Positions 51,127 to 61,318 of a stretch of DNA of 64,000 nucleotides are shown here, piece after piece; the first letter of the stretch is position 1, and the number at the start of each line of letters is the position of its first letter. Origin of the DNA: an uncultured bacterium (GTDB lineage: Bacteria; Armatimonadota; Abditibacteriia; Abditibacteriales; Abditibacteriaceae); contig CAWJLW010000006.1 in assembly GCA_963843795.1 (NCBI GenBank), forward strand, positions 682,001 to 746,000, in the 5' to 3' direction. A program made the position numbers and the translations under genes. Below the pieces are notes generated by a model. The model ran no database searches and had not been told where the DNA came from. It saw only the letters and a program-made list of their open reading frames with translations.

Positions 51127-51588
51127 GATGAAACTCCTCAAACAAAATTTTGAAGGCTTTGAATTGGTTTCCGTGCGCGAAATCCACATCGCAACTTCAT
51201 TTCGAGGGCGTTTTCTTTGTTCGGCTCGGCAAGCGGTTTGTCACATCTCGATTCTGCAACGGCGTCGCGCCAGTTTCCATGTTTCCTGTGCTTACCCTTC
51301 CATTCACGAAACGTTTTAAACCTATCTTACCCGGCAAATTTCGATGGGCCGCTCGATAACTCGATTGAAACCTGGTTCTCATGCGTTGGCAATCTATTCA
51401 AAACATTCTTGTAACATTATAAAGACGGCTTCGCTACTTGTCAAATATATAAGAAGCGAAGCCGCAATTATTAAAGACTTCGCACGGGCGTCAGGAGAGG
51501 AGAGCAGAAATACGCCAGTGCGAAGTAAGCGTGAAGACGATGTTTTGGAGGCTTTGGTTCTCTAATTTTCTGCTATTACCTATTTGTG

Positions 51589-51632
51589 CGCCAAACCGCG
51601 CACTGCAAGTACTTGCAGTGCGCGGTTTGGCG
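51589..51632. repeat. 44-bp perfect palindrome centred on the repeat, downstream of the antiporter gene
   Basis: CGCCAAACCGCGCAC-TGCAAGTACTTGCA-GTGCGCGGTTTGGCG. Confidence 0.85.
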
Positions 51633-51672
51633 TTTTCTGTGCATAGGCCGATAACATTACAAGGCTTCAACA

Positions 51673-53535
51673 CTACAAAATTTCGACTCGTGCTCGTTCG
51701 TAATTTTGCGCTTCTTTGGTGTCTTTATCTTCTGCGGGCATCAATAATTGAAAGCCCATTGGTCCGGCAATGGAAGTAACCAGCGCGACGGCGATCAGAG
51801 CGGCGTAAACTTCTTCGGGAAATAAGCCCAAACGCTGTCCGATTTCCGCGGCGGCGATAATTAGAGACAAGCGCGAGGCCAGCAAAAAGCCTGCGGCCAT
51901 TGTTTCTTTGAACGACACGATGCGGCGAAAAGGCAGAGCGGAAACCACTTTGATCGCGACGGCGCAAATGATGAGCATGGGCGCCAAAATCATTCCGCGT
52001 GGCGAACCCGTCAGAGCCGATAAGTCGAAGCGCACACCGACCATCACAAAGAAAATCGGGATGAAAAATCCGAAGCCCAACGCTTCTAATTTATGGCGCA
52101 AATCGGAAGTGTTGGGGCCGGTGAAAATCGACAGCAGCACACCCGCCAAGAACGCGCCTAAAATAACTTCGGTGCCCAGAATGGCCGACATCGCCACGAA
52201 TGCCAACATCAAAAACAAACTACCTCGCACCGAGGCTTGCGAAGTGCCTTTGGACAGTTCACTCAAAATCTCGCCCGGACGTCCCAAACGCGACAAAAAT
52301 TGACCGGCGCTCAAAGCAATCGCGAAGACGACTAACAGGCCCAAACCCAAAAACAATTGCCATGTCAAACCCTTGGAAAGCCAGCCCGCGACGACCGTTA
52401 TCAGGAACATCGTCACAAAGTCGGCGACTAGGGCCGATAATAAAATCGCCTGACCAAACGGCGTTGCGGTGAGGTTGCGTTCTTTGAGAATTGGCACCAC
52501 TAAGCCCAGCGAAGTTGTCGAGAGCACCAGTGCCATCAGCCAAGGCTGTTTGATCAGTCCGAATTGCGTCAAAGCCACAGCAGAAATTAGCGCCAATACG
52601 AGTGTGAAACCGAAAATGCTGAATGCTATTTTGAGCGAGCTTGGTTCTTTACTGGGTTCTTTAACAGCGCGATTTTTTTCAGTGATCGGCGTGGGAACGG
52701 ACGAAGTGACCTTGGTGTCCAGCACCGTTCCGGCGACTTCGCGAGTTTTTTCGGTCGCTTTTTTAATCGCTTCAGTGGCACTTTTGACTGCGTTGCCTTT
52801 TTTCAGTTCTTCAGGATTTTTCGATTTGGTGAGCAGCGAAACATCAACTTCCAAGCCCGACAAAAACATGAGATAGGCGAAGCCGAATTCGGCTAAAAAT
52901 TGCAGCCACGAATCGTAGCGCACCAGATTAAAGCCGCTGCGGCCGATGATGATGCCGCACAGAATTTCGCCAACCACAACTGGAATTGGAAATTTTTTGA
53001 AGTGCGAAACCACGAGCGGCACGCCAAAAGCCAGAGCAGAAACGATGAGCAGAGGCATAAATGAAATGCCATGATGCTCTTCGCTATCGCTGTGGTAAAG
53101 CGGCTTGACTTCGGATAATGTGGTGCGCAGCAAGTTCGACCAGCGCTCGGCAAGTACTTGCTGGGTGACATTTTCGCCTTGCGCGTCACCTTCTGTCACA
53201 TCCAAAATCGGCAAATCGGGCAGGCCGATCAGCGGGTTGCCGTTGTTGCCGACGGTGACTTCCATTAATTCGGGCCGTAATTCGGCTTCGGTCAAAACAC
53301 GCTTTAAACGACCGTTGACAATGCCCGCCCGTTCGAGAGCGCTGATGCTACCTACGCTTTCGCGCAAGGTAAACAATACACGGTCGCCGACCACAATTGC
53401 GCCTACGTCTTGCTGGGGCGGTGGTGGCGCACCCTGCGCGCGCGCGGTTGCGGGGATCAAAACGCATAATGCGCAAAAAAGGCTGAGTAGCGCGCGCTGA
53501 AAAAGTGGTTTCTGCGAATGAAAATATCGCTTCAT
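51673..53535 (-). CDS. CPA2-family cation:proton antiporter with an extra N-terminal exported domain
   Basis: PVVVGEIL.GIIIG, YLMFLSGLE, TTSLG.VVP.LKE, ILGAFLAG and GFFIPIFF motifs. Confidence 0.9.
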   Translation of the reverse strand: MKRYFHSQKPLFQRALLSLFCALCVLIPATARAQGAPPPPQQDVGAIVVGDRVLFTLRESVGSISALERAGIVNGRLKRVLTEAELRPELMEVTVGNNGNPLIGLPDLPILDVTEGDAQGENVTQQVLAERWSNLLRTTLSEVKPLYHSDSEEHHGISFMPLLIVSALAFGVPLVVSHFKKFPIPVVVGEILCGIIIGRSGFNLVRYDSWLQFLAEFGFAYLMFLSGLEVDVSLLTKSKNPEELKKGNAVKSATEAIKKATEKTREVAGTVLDTKVTSSVPTPITEKNRAVKEPSKEPSSLKIAFSIFGFTLVLALISAVALTQFGLIKQPWLMALVLSTTSLGLVVPILKERNLTATPFGQAILLSALVADFVTMFLITVVAGWLSKGLTWQLFLGLGLLVVFAIALSAGQFLSRLGRPGEILSELSKGTSQASVRGSLFLMLAFVAMSAILGTEVILGAFLAGVLLSIFTGPNTSDLRHKLEALGFGFFIPIFFVMVGVRFDLSALTGSPRGMILAPMLIICAVAIKVVSALPFRRIVSFKETMAAGFLLASRLSLIIAAAEIGQRLGLFPEEVYAALIAVALVTSIAGPMGFQLLMPAEDKDTKEAQNYERARVEIL

Positions 53536-53628
53536 AAATCAGATTGAATCGGATCGAAATTGTTGAAAACACTGTGCGAGTACCTGCACAGTGTCATTGG
53601 CAAGGGTTTAACACAAGTCGCACCCGTT

Positions 53629-54595
53629 TCACGGTAAAGGATTTTCGCGGGTTTTGCGCAGGCGCACTTCGTAACTGCTGCCCGCTTTTGTGCCATCGCC
53701 ATGGGCATCATACGGCGTGCCGTTGCTCTCATAAGGCGACATGATGACGACCTGTTTGGGATAAGGAATTTCGATGCCCGCGTTATCCAGAGCGCGCTTG
53801 GCCATTGTTACCACTTGGTCGCGCGCTTGCATTACATCAATCTGACGCGGAGGTTTGATCCACCAACGCGCGCGCAGTACAATCGAACTGTCACCCAACT
53901 CCATCGCCAAAACTTCCGGCTCAGGTTCGTTCAACACATTGGGCACGCTGCGTAACGTGTCGAAAAAGTACTTTGCGCGCGAAGTCAATGTCTTCATCGT
54001 AGCCGATGCTAAAATCGTGCTCCAAACGTCGCTTTTCATAAGCTGTATTGACCACAATTGCTTGATTGAAAACCTGACCGTTGGGAATCACCACGCGCAC
54101 ACCATCGTAAGTGCACAGCACAGTGGCGCGAGTTTGAATATCTTCAACCGTGCCCTCGAAATCCCCGATTTTTACCTGATCGTTCAAGCGAAACGGTTCG
54201 GTTAGTAGCAAAAGCAAACCAGCCAGAAAGTTTTGCAAAATATCTTTGAACGCAAAGCCAATGGCGACGCTGGAAATGCCCAGTAGTTGAATCATCTGTG
54301 CCGGTTGAAAGGAAGGCAGTGCGATGACAAGAGCTATCATCGCGCCCATGAAAACGATGCCGCCCTGCGTCAGTCGGCCCAGCAAAAGCGCCAGGCTGAC
54401 ATGGTTTTCGCGGTCGGCGACCACGCGGTAAGCGATGCGACGCACCATTTTAGCGGCCAGTTGGAAAAAGAAAAATACCACCAGCGCGATAAGAATGCCC
54501 GGCACGGCTGCGATGAGGTCTTGCCAGATGTCGCCAATGCGCTTGATAGCGGGGTCGAGAGTTTTCATAAATTCTTGAAAATGCATCATAAACAT
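53629..54595 (-). pseudogene. mscS: MscS-family mechanosensitive channel with a +1 frameshift at the A5 run 53963-53967
   Basis: AIGFAFKDILQNFLAG, PFRLND, EGTVEDI and IPN in one ORF; PEPEV...GDSS...WW...AGIEIPYP in the overlapping ORF. Confidence 0.85.
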
Positions 54596-54667
54596 TGTGA
54601 CGTTTTTATTCCCGACACAAAGTATTCATTAACGTGACAAAAATATGTTGAAATTTCAAGCACAAAA

Positions 54668-54702
54668 AAATGCAAAGCCTGAGACCACCAGGCTTTGCAT
54701 TT
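54668..54702 (-). terminator. Intrinsic terminator
   Basis: AAATGCAAAGCCTG-AGACCAC-CAGGCTTTGCATTT preceded by an A-tract (U-tract on the minus strand). Confidence 0.75.
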
Positions 54703-54763
54703 AAAAGTTTATAGTGACGAACGAATTGAATATCTTTACAATCTGACAATTTAAACGCACGCT

Positions 54764-55681
54764 TTAACCATCGGCATTGATTTTTTGAATTAGTTCATCA
54801 CGCACGCGTTCGGCATCTTCATTGGGCACCTGACAGGTGCCGACAGCGCGATGTCCGCCGCCGCCATACTGTGACAACAGTGCGCCGACGTTGGTTTGGC
54901 TGCTGCGATTGGTGACGCTGTGACCAACGCTGAACACGGTGTTTTTCTTTTGAACGCCCCACAAAATTGTGATCGAAATGTTGGCGTCGGGATACATCGG
55001 ATACATCACAAAGCGATTGCCCGCGAAAATTTGTTCGACTTCGCGCAAGTCCAGCACAACCACATTGCCGTGCTGAGTAGCGTTTTTTCGTACCATATCG
55101 CGAAATAACTGGGTTTGCTCGAAGTAACGATCCAGTCGTTCTTTTACATCGGGCATTGCCAGAATTTCTTCCGGCGTGCGATGACGGCACCATTCGACGC
55201 AGTTTTCCATCAATTGATAATTGGAAATGCGATAATCGCGATAACGCCCCAATCCGGTGCGCGGATCCATCACATAAGAAAGCAAAATCCAATCTTTGGG
55301 GTTTTCGATGTCTTCGACGCTCAGGTTGGCGCTGTCCGATTTATCGACAGCCGTCATCAGTGAATTCAAGTGCGTGCCGAAAGTTTCTTCGCCGCCATAA
55401 TAATCCCAGATAACGCGCGCGCAAGAGGGCGCTTCTTTGAAGCAGCCTTCGAAATCGCCCACTTCTGCCAGACGTTTTTGCTCGCTGAAATGATGATCGA
55501 ACCACAGGCCGCAACCTTCCGCGTAGGGAATGTTGGCCAGCACATCGGTCTCGTGAACTTCTTCCTTGCCGTCCTGAATGTCCTTGGGATGCACGAACTT
55601 GTAACGGTCGATCAAGCCCACATCTTTCAGTAATACCGCACACACTAAACCGTCGAAATCCGAACGTGTCAAAAGCCTCAT
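54764..55681 (-). CDS. DHH-family phosphoesterase (exopolyphosphatase / nanoRNase-like)
   Basis: RLLTRSDFDGLVCA, FDHH and GGGGH motifs. Confidence 0.88.
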   Translation of the reverse strand: MRLLTRSDFDGLVCAVLLKDVGLIDRYKFVHPKDIQDGKEEVHETDVLANIPYAEGCGLWFDHHFSEQKRLAEVGDFEGCFKEAPSCARVIWDYYGGEETFGTHLNSLMTAVDKSDSANLSVEDIENPKDWILLSYVMDPRTGLGRYRDYRISNYQLMENCVEWCRHRTPEEILAMPDVKERLDRYFEQTQLFRDMVRKNATQHGNVVVLDLREVEQIFAGNRFVMYPMYPDANISITILWGVQKKNTVFSVGHSVTNRSSQTNVGALLSQYGGGGHRAVGTCQVPNEDAERVRDELIQKINADG

Positions 55682-55903
55682 GAAATGCCGCCGCTCCTCC
55701 GCGCCAGAAACCAAAATCCACTTTATCTGTTGTGCAAGTACTTGCGCAGCGCTTTGAACGCGTCGCAAACTCAATGCACATTTTCCGTGCAACTCTTTTC
55801 AAGGTCGCACGCCATTATACCACAAAAAACCGGTTTTTTTGCCCATCGATTGGGCACATTACGACTTTTAGTTGCTTATTCATTCTTAATTCTGCACTCG
55901 ATC

Positions 55904-58495
55904 ATGTCTGCATCGCCTGTCACACCTTCGCCGCGCCGCCGTTCTTCGGGCCGCCATCGCTCATCGCAACGCCGCACTTTTCCCACGCCTGCGCCAGTTT
56001 CGCCCGATGAACGCGCTATGCGCCTGCTCGAATGGCCGCGCGTTTTGTCGCGTCTGGAAAACCTCGCATCCTGCGAACCCGGTCGCACGCTTGTGCGCGC
56101 TCTCGAACCCACACGCGACCACCAAATTGTGCGCCGCGCTTTGCAAATCACCGATGAAGCGCGCCATTTTCTACGCGATTCGGCTCATCGTGGTGCAGCA
56201 AATTTGCCATTTGGTGGCATTCATGACATCGGTTCCGCTCTCCAGCGCGCGCGCATCGGTTCGGTATTGGACGCGCCCGAACTCAATCGCATCAAGCGCG
56301 TGGCTGAAAGCGCGCGCCGCATCGCGCAAGTCCTTGTCGAGGCTTCGGACGAAGAATTCTGCCCGCCACAAGACACGCGCCGGAGTTGGGAAATCGACCC
56401 AGATGAGAAGCTCGAAATCGCGCCTGCAAGTACTTGCAATTATTATTTGCGCGCTTTAGCGCAGGAAATCGAAGCCCAGCCACAATTGGAAAAACGTTTG
56501 GAAGACGCCATCGACGAAGCCAGCGAAGATCTGCGCGACGGTGCTTCGCTCGACTTATTGAAAGCGCGCCGCAACATTCGCAATACGCAAGACGCCGTGC
56601 AAAGCCGTCTGCGCGCTATGCTCAGCGACCCTTCGATTGCGCCCGCGCTGCAAGACGCTTTCGTGACCGTGCGCAACGGGCGCTATTGTCTACCGGTGAA
56701 AAGTGATGCGCGCGGTCGCGTGCCTGGCATTATTCACGACCGTTCCGGCGGTGGCGGCACCGTTTTCGTCGAGCCGCAAAGCGTGGTCGATTTGAACAAT
56801 CAATTGCGCGAATGGCACTTGGCCGAACGCGATGCCATCGAAGCGATTTTGCGCGCCTTAAGTGCCGAAGTCGCAAATGTGGCCGATGAATTGGAAGTGA
56901 TGTTGAACGTTTGCGCGCAGTTAGATTTCGCGTTTGCCAAAGGTCGGCTTTCGATTAGCATGGACGGCAGCGCGCCCAAAATTAACGAGCGCCCAATTTA
57001 TAATCTCAAGCAAGCGCGCCATCCGCTCATCGAAAGTTGCGTCGCCAACGATATTCGATTGGGCGATGAATTCGACGTTTTAATGATTACCGGCCCCAAC
57101 ACCGGCGGCAAAACAGTCGTTATGAAAACTCTGGGCCTGAGTTGTCTGATGACAATGTGCGGCCTCCACATCGCGGCCCTTCCAGGCAGCGAAATTTACC
57201 TGCCGCGCGCGATCTGGGGCGATATTGGCGACGAGCAATCCATCGAGCAATCGCTTTCGACATTTTCTTCGCACATGACCAATATCATCGCGATTCTCAA
57301 TGGCGCGCGCGCCAATGATTTGGTGATGTTCGATGAAATCGGCGCGGGCACCGACCCCGATGAAGGCGCAGCCTTAGCCAAAGCGATTCTGCGCAATTTG
57401 CAGCGGCGCGGCGCGCAAATTCTTTGCACCACACATTATGGCGAACTCAAACATTTCGCCGCCGGTGCCGAGCGCTTTGAAAACGCCAGCGTCGAGTTCG
57501 ACGCTCAAAGTCTCGGCCCGACTTACCGTTTGCGTATCGGCGTTCCGGGTTCGAGCAACGCCTTGGACATCACGGCGCGTCTGGGCATGAACCCCGAATT
57601 GGTACAGCGCGCGCGCAAATACTTGGGCCGCGACCGCGAACTGGCTGAAACTGCCGCACAACGTTTGGAAGAAACCCAGCGCGAATTAGAGCAGCAAGCC
57701 GAAGGTGTGTCGCGCGAACGCGAAGAAATCGAACGCTTGCGCCGCGATTATGAAAACCGCGTGGCGAAATTGCAAGCGCAGTTGGAGCGCGAACGCGAAG
57801 AAGCGCGCGTACAAGCCGCCGAATTGGTGCGCAACGCTGAACGCGAAGCCGACGCCGCCCTGAAAGAATTGCGCGCTGCGGCGCGCACCGGACGCGAAAG
57901 CAAAGCCACCGAAACCGCGCGCGGACGCTTGCGCGATTTGCGCGAACGCACTTCAGCCGAAAGTCAAACGCCCCAGCGCGACCACAAAAACGCGCCGCAA
58001 GTACCTGCAGGGCGCAAAAATGCATCAGGCGCGCTGCCATCGCATTTGGAAAGTTTGAAAAAAGGCGATTTGGTGCGCGTGAAATCCCTCGGACGCGAAG
58101 CGATTTTGCTGTCCGATCCGCAAGGCGAAAAGCGCGTGCCCGTCCAAGTCGGCGCGGTGAAAATTGATGTCAACGTGAGTGATTTGGACGCGGTTCAAGC
58201 GCCCAGCGGCGCAAACGGTGGCTTCAACGTGCAAGTTCGCAAGGGTATTAAAGTCGCCGACGAATTGAATTTAATTGGCAAAAATACGCAGGAAGCCCTG
58301 CCGGAATTGGAGAAATATCTGGACGATGCTTTGCTGAGCGACACCAAAGAAATCCGCATTGTCCACGGCAAAGGCAGCGGCGTATTACGAATGTTCGTGC
58401 GACGTTGGCTGCAAGATCAAGGCAGCGTACTCGAAGTGGAATACGCGCCACAGAATCAAGGTGGCGAAGGCGCGACACTGGCGAAATTGGGTTGA
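55904..58495 (+). CDS. mutS2: Endonuclease MutS2
   Basis: LLEWPRV, TGPNTGGKT, DIGDEQSIEQSLSTFS, DEIGAGTDP and Smr domain IVHGKGSG. Confidence 0.95.
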   Translation: MSASPVTPSPRRRSSGRHRSSQRRTFPTPAPVSPDERAMRLLEWPRVLSRLENLASCEPGRTLVRALEPTRDHQIVRRALQITDEARHFLRDSAHRGAANLPFGGIHDIGSALQRARIGSVLDAPELNRIKRVAESARRIAQVLVEASDEEFCPPQDTRRSWEIDPDEKLEIAPASTCNYYLRALAQEIEAQPQLEKRLEDAIDEASEDLRDGASLDLLKARRNIRNTQDAVQSRLRAMLSDPSIAPALQDAFVTVRNGRYCLPVKSDARGRVPGIIHDRSGGGGTVFVEPQSVVDLNNQLREWHLAERDAIEAILRALSAEVANVADELEVMLNVCAQLDFAFAKGRLSISMDGSAPKINERPIYNLKQARHPLIESCVANDIRLGDEFDVLMITGPNTGGKTVVMKTLGLSCLMTMCGLHIAALPGSEIYLPRAIWGDIGDEQSIEQSLSTFSSHMTNIIAILNGARANDLVMFDEIGAGTDPDEGAALAKAILRNLQRRGAQILCTTHYGELKHFAAGAERFENASVEFDAQSLGPTYRLRIGVPGSSNALDITARLGMNPELVQRARKYLGRDRELAETAAQRLEETQRELEQQAEGVSREREEIERLRRDYENRVAKLQAQLEREREEARVQAAELVRNAEREADAALKELRAAARTGRESKATETARGRLRDLRERTSAESQTPQRDHKNAPQVPAGRKNASGALPSHLESLKKGDLVRVKSLGREAILLSDPQGEKRVPVQVGAVKIDVNVSDLDAVQAPSGANGGFNVQVRKGIKVADELNLIGKNTQEALPELEKYLDDALLSDTKEIRIVHGKGSGVLRMFVRRWLQDQGSVLEVEYAPQNQGGEGATLAKLG

Positions 58496-58504
58496 AAATC
58501 GAAA

Positions 58505-58534
58505 AAGCGCACTGCAAGTACTTACAGTGCGCTT
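58505..58534. terminator. Hairpin centred on a variant repeat, between convergent mutS2 and rnhB
   Basis: AAGCGCAC-TGCAAGTACTTACA-GTGCGCTT. Confidence 0.65.
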
Positions 58535-59173
58535 CTACTTTTCCAACACTGCGCGCACTGGCGCAAACGTCCGCCGATGAATTTCGCACGCGCCGTACTC
58601 TCGCAAGGCGCGCAAATGTTGCGGTGTGCCGTAGCCTTTGTGTTGTGCGAAGCCGTAATTAGGAAATTTCGCGTCGTATTCAATCATCAGCGCGTCGCGG
58701 GTTTCTTTGGCGATAATTGAAGCCGCCGCAATGCACAGTTCGCGCGCATCGCCTTTGACAATCGCTTCGTACGGCCACGGGCCAGCGCCATACGGCAAAC
58801 CATCCAACAGAACATAATCGACAGTTGCGCCACGCTTTTGTAACTCGGCAACGGCGCGTTGCATCGCCAGCCACGAGGCTTGGCGAATATTGATTTCGTC
58901 AATGACTTGCGCATCGACAATGCCAACACCCCACGTCACGATTTTCTGTAATGGCGCTAATAATAGCGCGCGTTGCGTCTGATTTAATTGTTTGGAATCG
59001 GTCAGCGAACTGAACTGCTCAAGTGGAAAATCAGGGGGCAAAATCGCGGCGGCAGCGACGACCGGGCCGGCCAGCGGGCCGCGTCCGGCTTCATCGACGC
59101 CGGCGATATGCGTGAAACCAGATTGGTGCAATTGGATTTCGCGTTCGCGGCTAGGACGAAAATTCAAATTCAT
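58535..59173 (-). CDS. rnhB: Ribonuclease HII
   Basis: AGVDEAGRGPLAGPV, DSKQL, IAAASIIAK and HKGYGT motifs. Confidence 0.96.
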   Translation of the reverse strand: MNLNFRPSREREIQLHQSGFTHIAGVDEAGRGPLAGPVVAAAAILPPDFPLEQFSSLTDSKQLNQTQRALLLAPLQKIVTWGVGIVDAQVIDEINIRQASWLAMQRAVAELQKRGATVDYVLLDGLPYGAGPWPYEAIVKGDARELCIAAASIIAKETRDALMIEYDAKFPNYGFAQHKGYGTPQHLRALREYGACEIHRRTFAPVRAVLEK

Positions 59174-59182
59174 AATGCGAAA

Positions 59183-59222
59183 ATGGCACTGCAAGTACTT
59201 GCGCAAGTACTTGCAGTGCCAT
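59183..59222. repeat. 40-bp perfect palindrome containing two tandem copies of the 12-bp core
   Basis: ATGGCACT-GCAAGTACTTGC-GCAAGTACTTGC-AGTGCCAT. Confidence 0.92.
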
Positions 59223-59236
59223 GGGAAAGTTGGAAA

Positions 59237-60103
59237 TTAGTAGCCGATTTGGGGAGCGATTTGAACCGGCGCTTCTTCTTGCGGCGGGCGCGGGAAAAAG
59301 CTCATACGATCTACCAGACCCACGCGCGTCGGTGGCCAGAAAACGCAAATCGCTTTGCCGACGACATTGGCGCGTGGCACAAAGCCCCAAATATGACTGT
59401 CTTTGGAATTGCTGCGATGATCGCCCAGCATCAGAAACATTCCTGCGGGCACTGGTTCGGGCGTAGCGTTTTCAATGCGGTTTTGGTCAGTGGCTTCTAT
59501 ATCGTTGGCGCGCCACAAATCGGGCGCACTGTTATCGCGCGAATAAATCGTGCCATCGACGATTTTCATATCGTAACCTAGCGAACTTGCCAAACCGGGC
59601 TGGCTCCATTTCACATACGGCTCGTTCAATTGCGTGAACTGTGTGCCATCTTTAGCCTTACGATAATATTTGCGATTCTTGGCGTAAACCACATCGCCCG
59701 GTGTGCCGATGCAGCGTTTGATGAAATCGTCCTGACCTCCCGGCATATCCTGCGCTTGAGGCGGTGCTAAAAAGACCACGACATCTTGGAAACGCGGGTC
59801 GCGCATCTTGTAAACCAGCTTGGAAACCAGCAAGCGATCATCAATGCGCAAGGTGTCTTCCATCGAACCCGAAGGAATCCAGAACGCTTGCAGCAAAAAC
59901 GGTTGGATAATGAACAGCACCAAGCCGATGGCGATGGCGGCAGAATCGAGCGTTTCGATGGCCCACTTGGAATTTTCGCCATGCACGGCACCGCTGGCTT
60001 CTTTAGGCGAAAGCAAACGCACAAATTCGCGCGCGGCAATCAGGGCCAGCACAACAGCGATTTTGACGCCCCAGCTATCGAACGAAAGCGAATCGAAAGA
60101 CAT
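59237..60103 (-). CDS. lepB: Signal peptidase I
   Basis: IPSGSMEDTL, FIKRCIG and LGDHRSNSKDS motifs. Confidence 0.95.
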   Translation of the reverse strand: MSFDSLSFDSWGVKIAVVLALIAAREFVRLLSPKEASGAVHGENSKWAIETLDSAAIAIGLVLFIIQPFLLQAFWIPSGSMEDTLRIDDRLLVSKLVYKMRDPRFQDVVVFLAPPQAQDMPGGQDDFIKRCIGTPGDVVYAKNRKYYRKAKDGTQFTQLNEPYVKWSQPGLASSLGYDMKIVDGTIYSRDNSAPDLWRANDIEATDQNRIENATPEPVPAGMFLMLGDHRSNSKDSHIWGFVPRANVVGKAICVFWPPTRVGLVDRMSFFPRPPQEEAPVQIAPQIGY

Positions 60104-60137
60104 AATTTGTTACCTTAGTCGTGTGTAGAAAATGCAA

Positions 60138-60171
60138 AAGCGTGGTGTGCAAGTACTTGCACACCACGCTT
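60138..60171. repeat. 34-bp perfect palindrome centred on the repeat, between rplS and lepB
   Basis: AAGCGTGGTG-TGCAAGTACTTGCA-CACCACGCTT. Confidence 0.85.
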
Positions 60172-60186
60172 GTACGTCCCAGCCAT

Positions 60187-60543
60187 TTATCGGCTGCTTT
60201 TTTCTTTGATACGGATCGACTTCGAGCCGATACGGTCGCGCAAATAATACAACTTGGCGCGGCGCACTTTACCCCGACGGCGCACTTCGATAGTTTCCAG
60301 TTTCGGCGAATGCACCATAAAAGTGCGCTCGACTCCGACGCCCAGCGAAACGCGGCGCACGGTGAAGGTTTCGCTCATGCCACCGTTCTGACGCGCGATG
60401 CAAGTGCCTTCAAAAGCCTGCACGCGTTCGCGGTTGCCTTCTTTCACTTTCACATTGACACGCAGCGTGTCGCCCGGCCCGAAACTGGGCACGCTTTCTT
60501 TCAAATGGGGCGCTTCGACAGCGCGCAATAAATCCTGATTCAT
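60187..60543 (-). CDS. rplS: 50S ribosomal protein L19
   Basis: [15 protein letters not shown] and RRAKLYYLR motifs. Confidence 0.98.
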   Translation of the reverse strand: MNQDLLRAVEAPHLKESVPSFGPGDTLRVNVKVKEGNRERVQAFEGTCIARQNGGMSETFTVRRVSLGVGVERTFMVHSPKLETIEVRRRGKVRRAKLYYLRDRIGSKSIRIKEKSSR

Positions 60544-60587
60544 CTTAATTCTCCTTCAAACTTAAACATCACGCGCCAAAAGCGCAT

Positions 60588-61304
60588 TCAAATTTCTGTT
60601 TCATCGCCCAACAAATCGGGCCGTCTTTGCGTCGTGCGCCGCAAACTTTCCTGCGCGCGCCACGCGGCAATTTTGCCGTGATTGCCGCTGAGAAGTATTT
60701 CCGGCACTTCTTGTCCGCGCCAAACTGCCGGTCGCGTGTAATGCGGCGCTTCCAGCATCCCATTTTCGAACGAATCGCTGCCCGCGCTCAATTCGTTGCC
60801 CAAAACTTCCGGTACAAAACGCGCAATGGCATCGATAACAACCAAAGCCGCCGCTTCGCCGCCTGTCAACACATAATCGCCGATAGAAATTTCCTCGGTA
60901 ATTAGCGTTTGCACCGCGCGCTCGTCCAAACCTTCATAATGCGCACACACAATCGCTAAGTGCTCGAAACCGGCAAAGTGACGCGCCAATTTTGCACTGA
61001 AGGGTCGTCCTTGTGGCGACATCAGCAGAATCGGGCAGGGCGGTTTGGGAACCGAGTCGCCCGGGCCGAATTCCCATTTTAGCACAGACGATAGAGCTTG
61101 CGCCACCGGTTCGGCTTTCATCACCATGCCGGCGCCGCCCCCATAGGGATAATCGTCGCAACGCCGATGCTTATCCGCCGCCCAATCGCGAATGTTGTGC
61201 GCTTCAATTTGCAACGCTCCCGCCGCTTGAGCGCGTCCTAAAATGCTGCTTTGAAGCGGCGAATCAAAGAATTCGGGAAACAGCGTGAAAAGGTCGCAGC
61301 GCAT
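60588..61304 (-). CDS. trmD: tRNA (guanine37-N1)-methyltransferase
   Basis: DDYPYGGGAGMVM, SIGDYVLTGGE and YTRP motifs. Confidence 0.97.
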   Translation of the reverse strand: MRCDLFTLFPEFFDSPLQSSILGRAQAAGALQIEAHNIRDWAADKHRRCDDYPYGGGAGMVMKAEPVAQALSSVLKWEFGPGDSVPKPPCPILLMSPQGRPFSAKLARHFAGFEHLAIVCAHYEGLDERAVQTLITEEISIGDYVLTGGEAAALVVIDAIARFVPEVLGNELSAGSDSFENGMLEAPHYTRPAVWRGQEVPEILLSGNHGKIAAWRAQESLRRTTQRRPDLLGDETEI

Positions 61305-61318
61305 TGGCAATTAAATTT

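Noticed and set aside
51190..51320. Possible c-di-GMP or other riboswitch in the long leader of the beta-barrel gene
   Set aside because: Only scattered GAAA/TTGCC words; I could not build the consensus stems. An Rfam/Infernal scan would settle it
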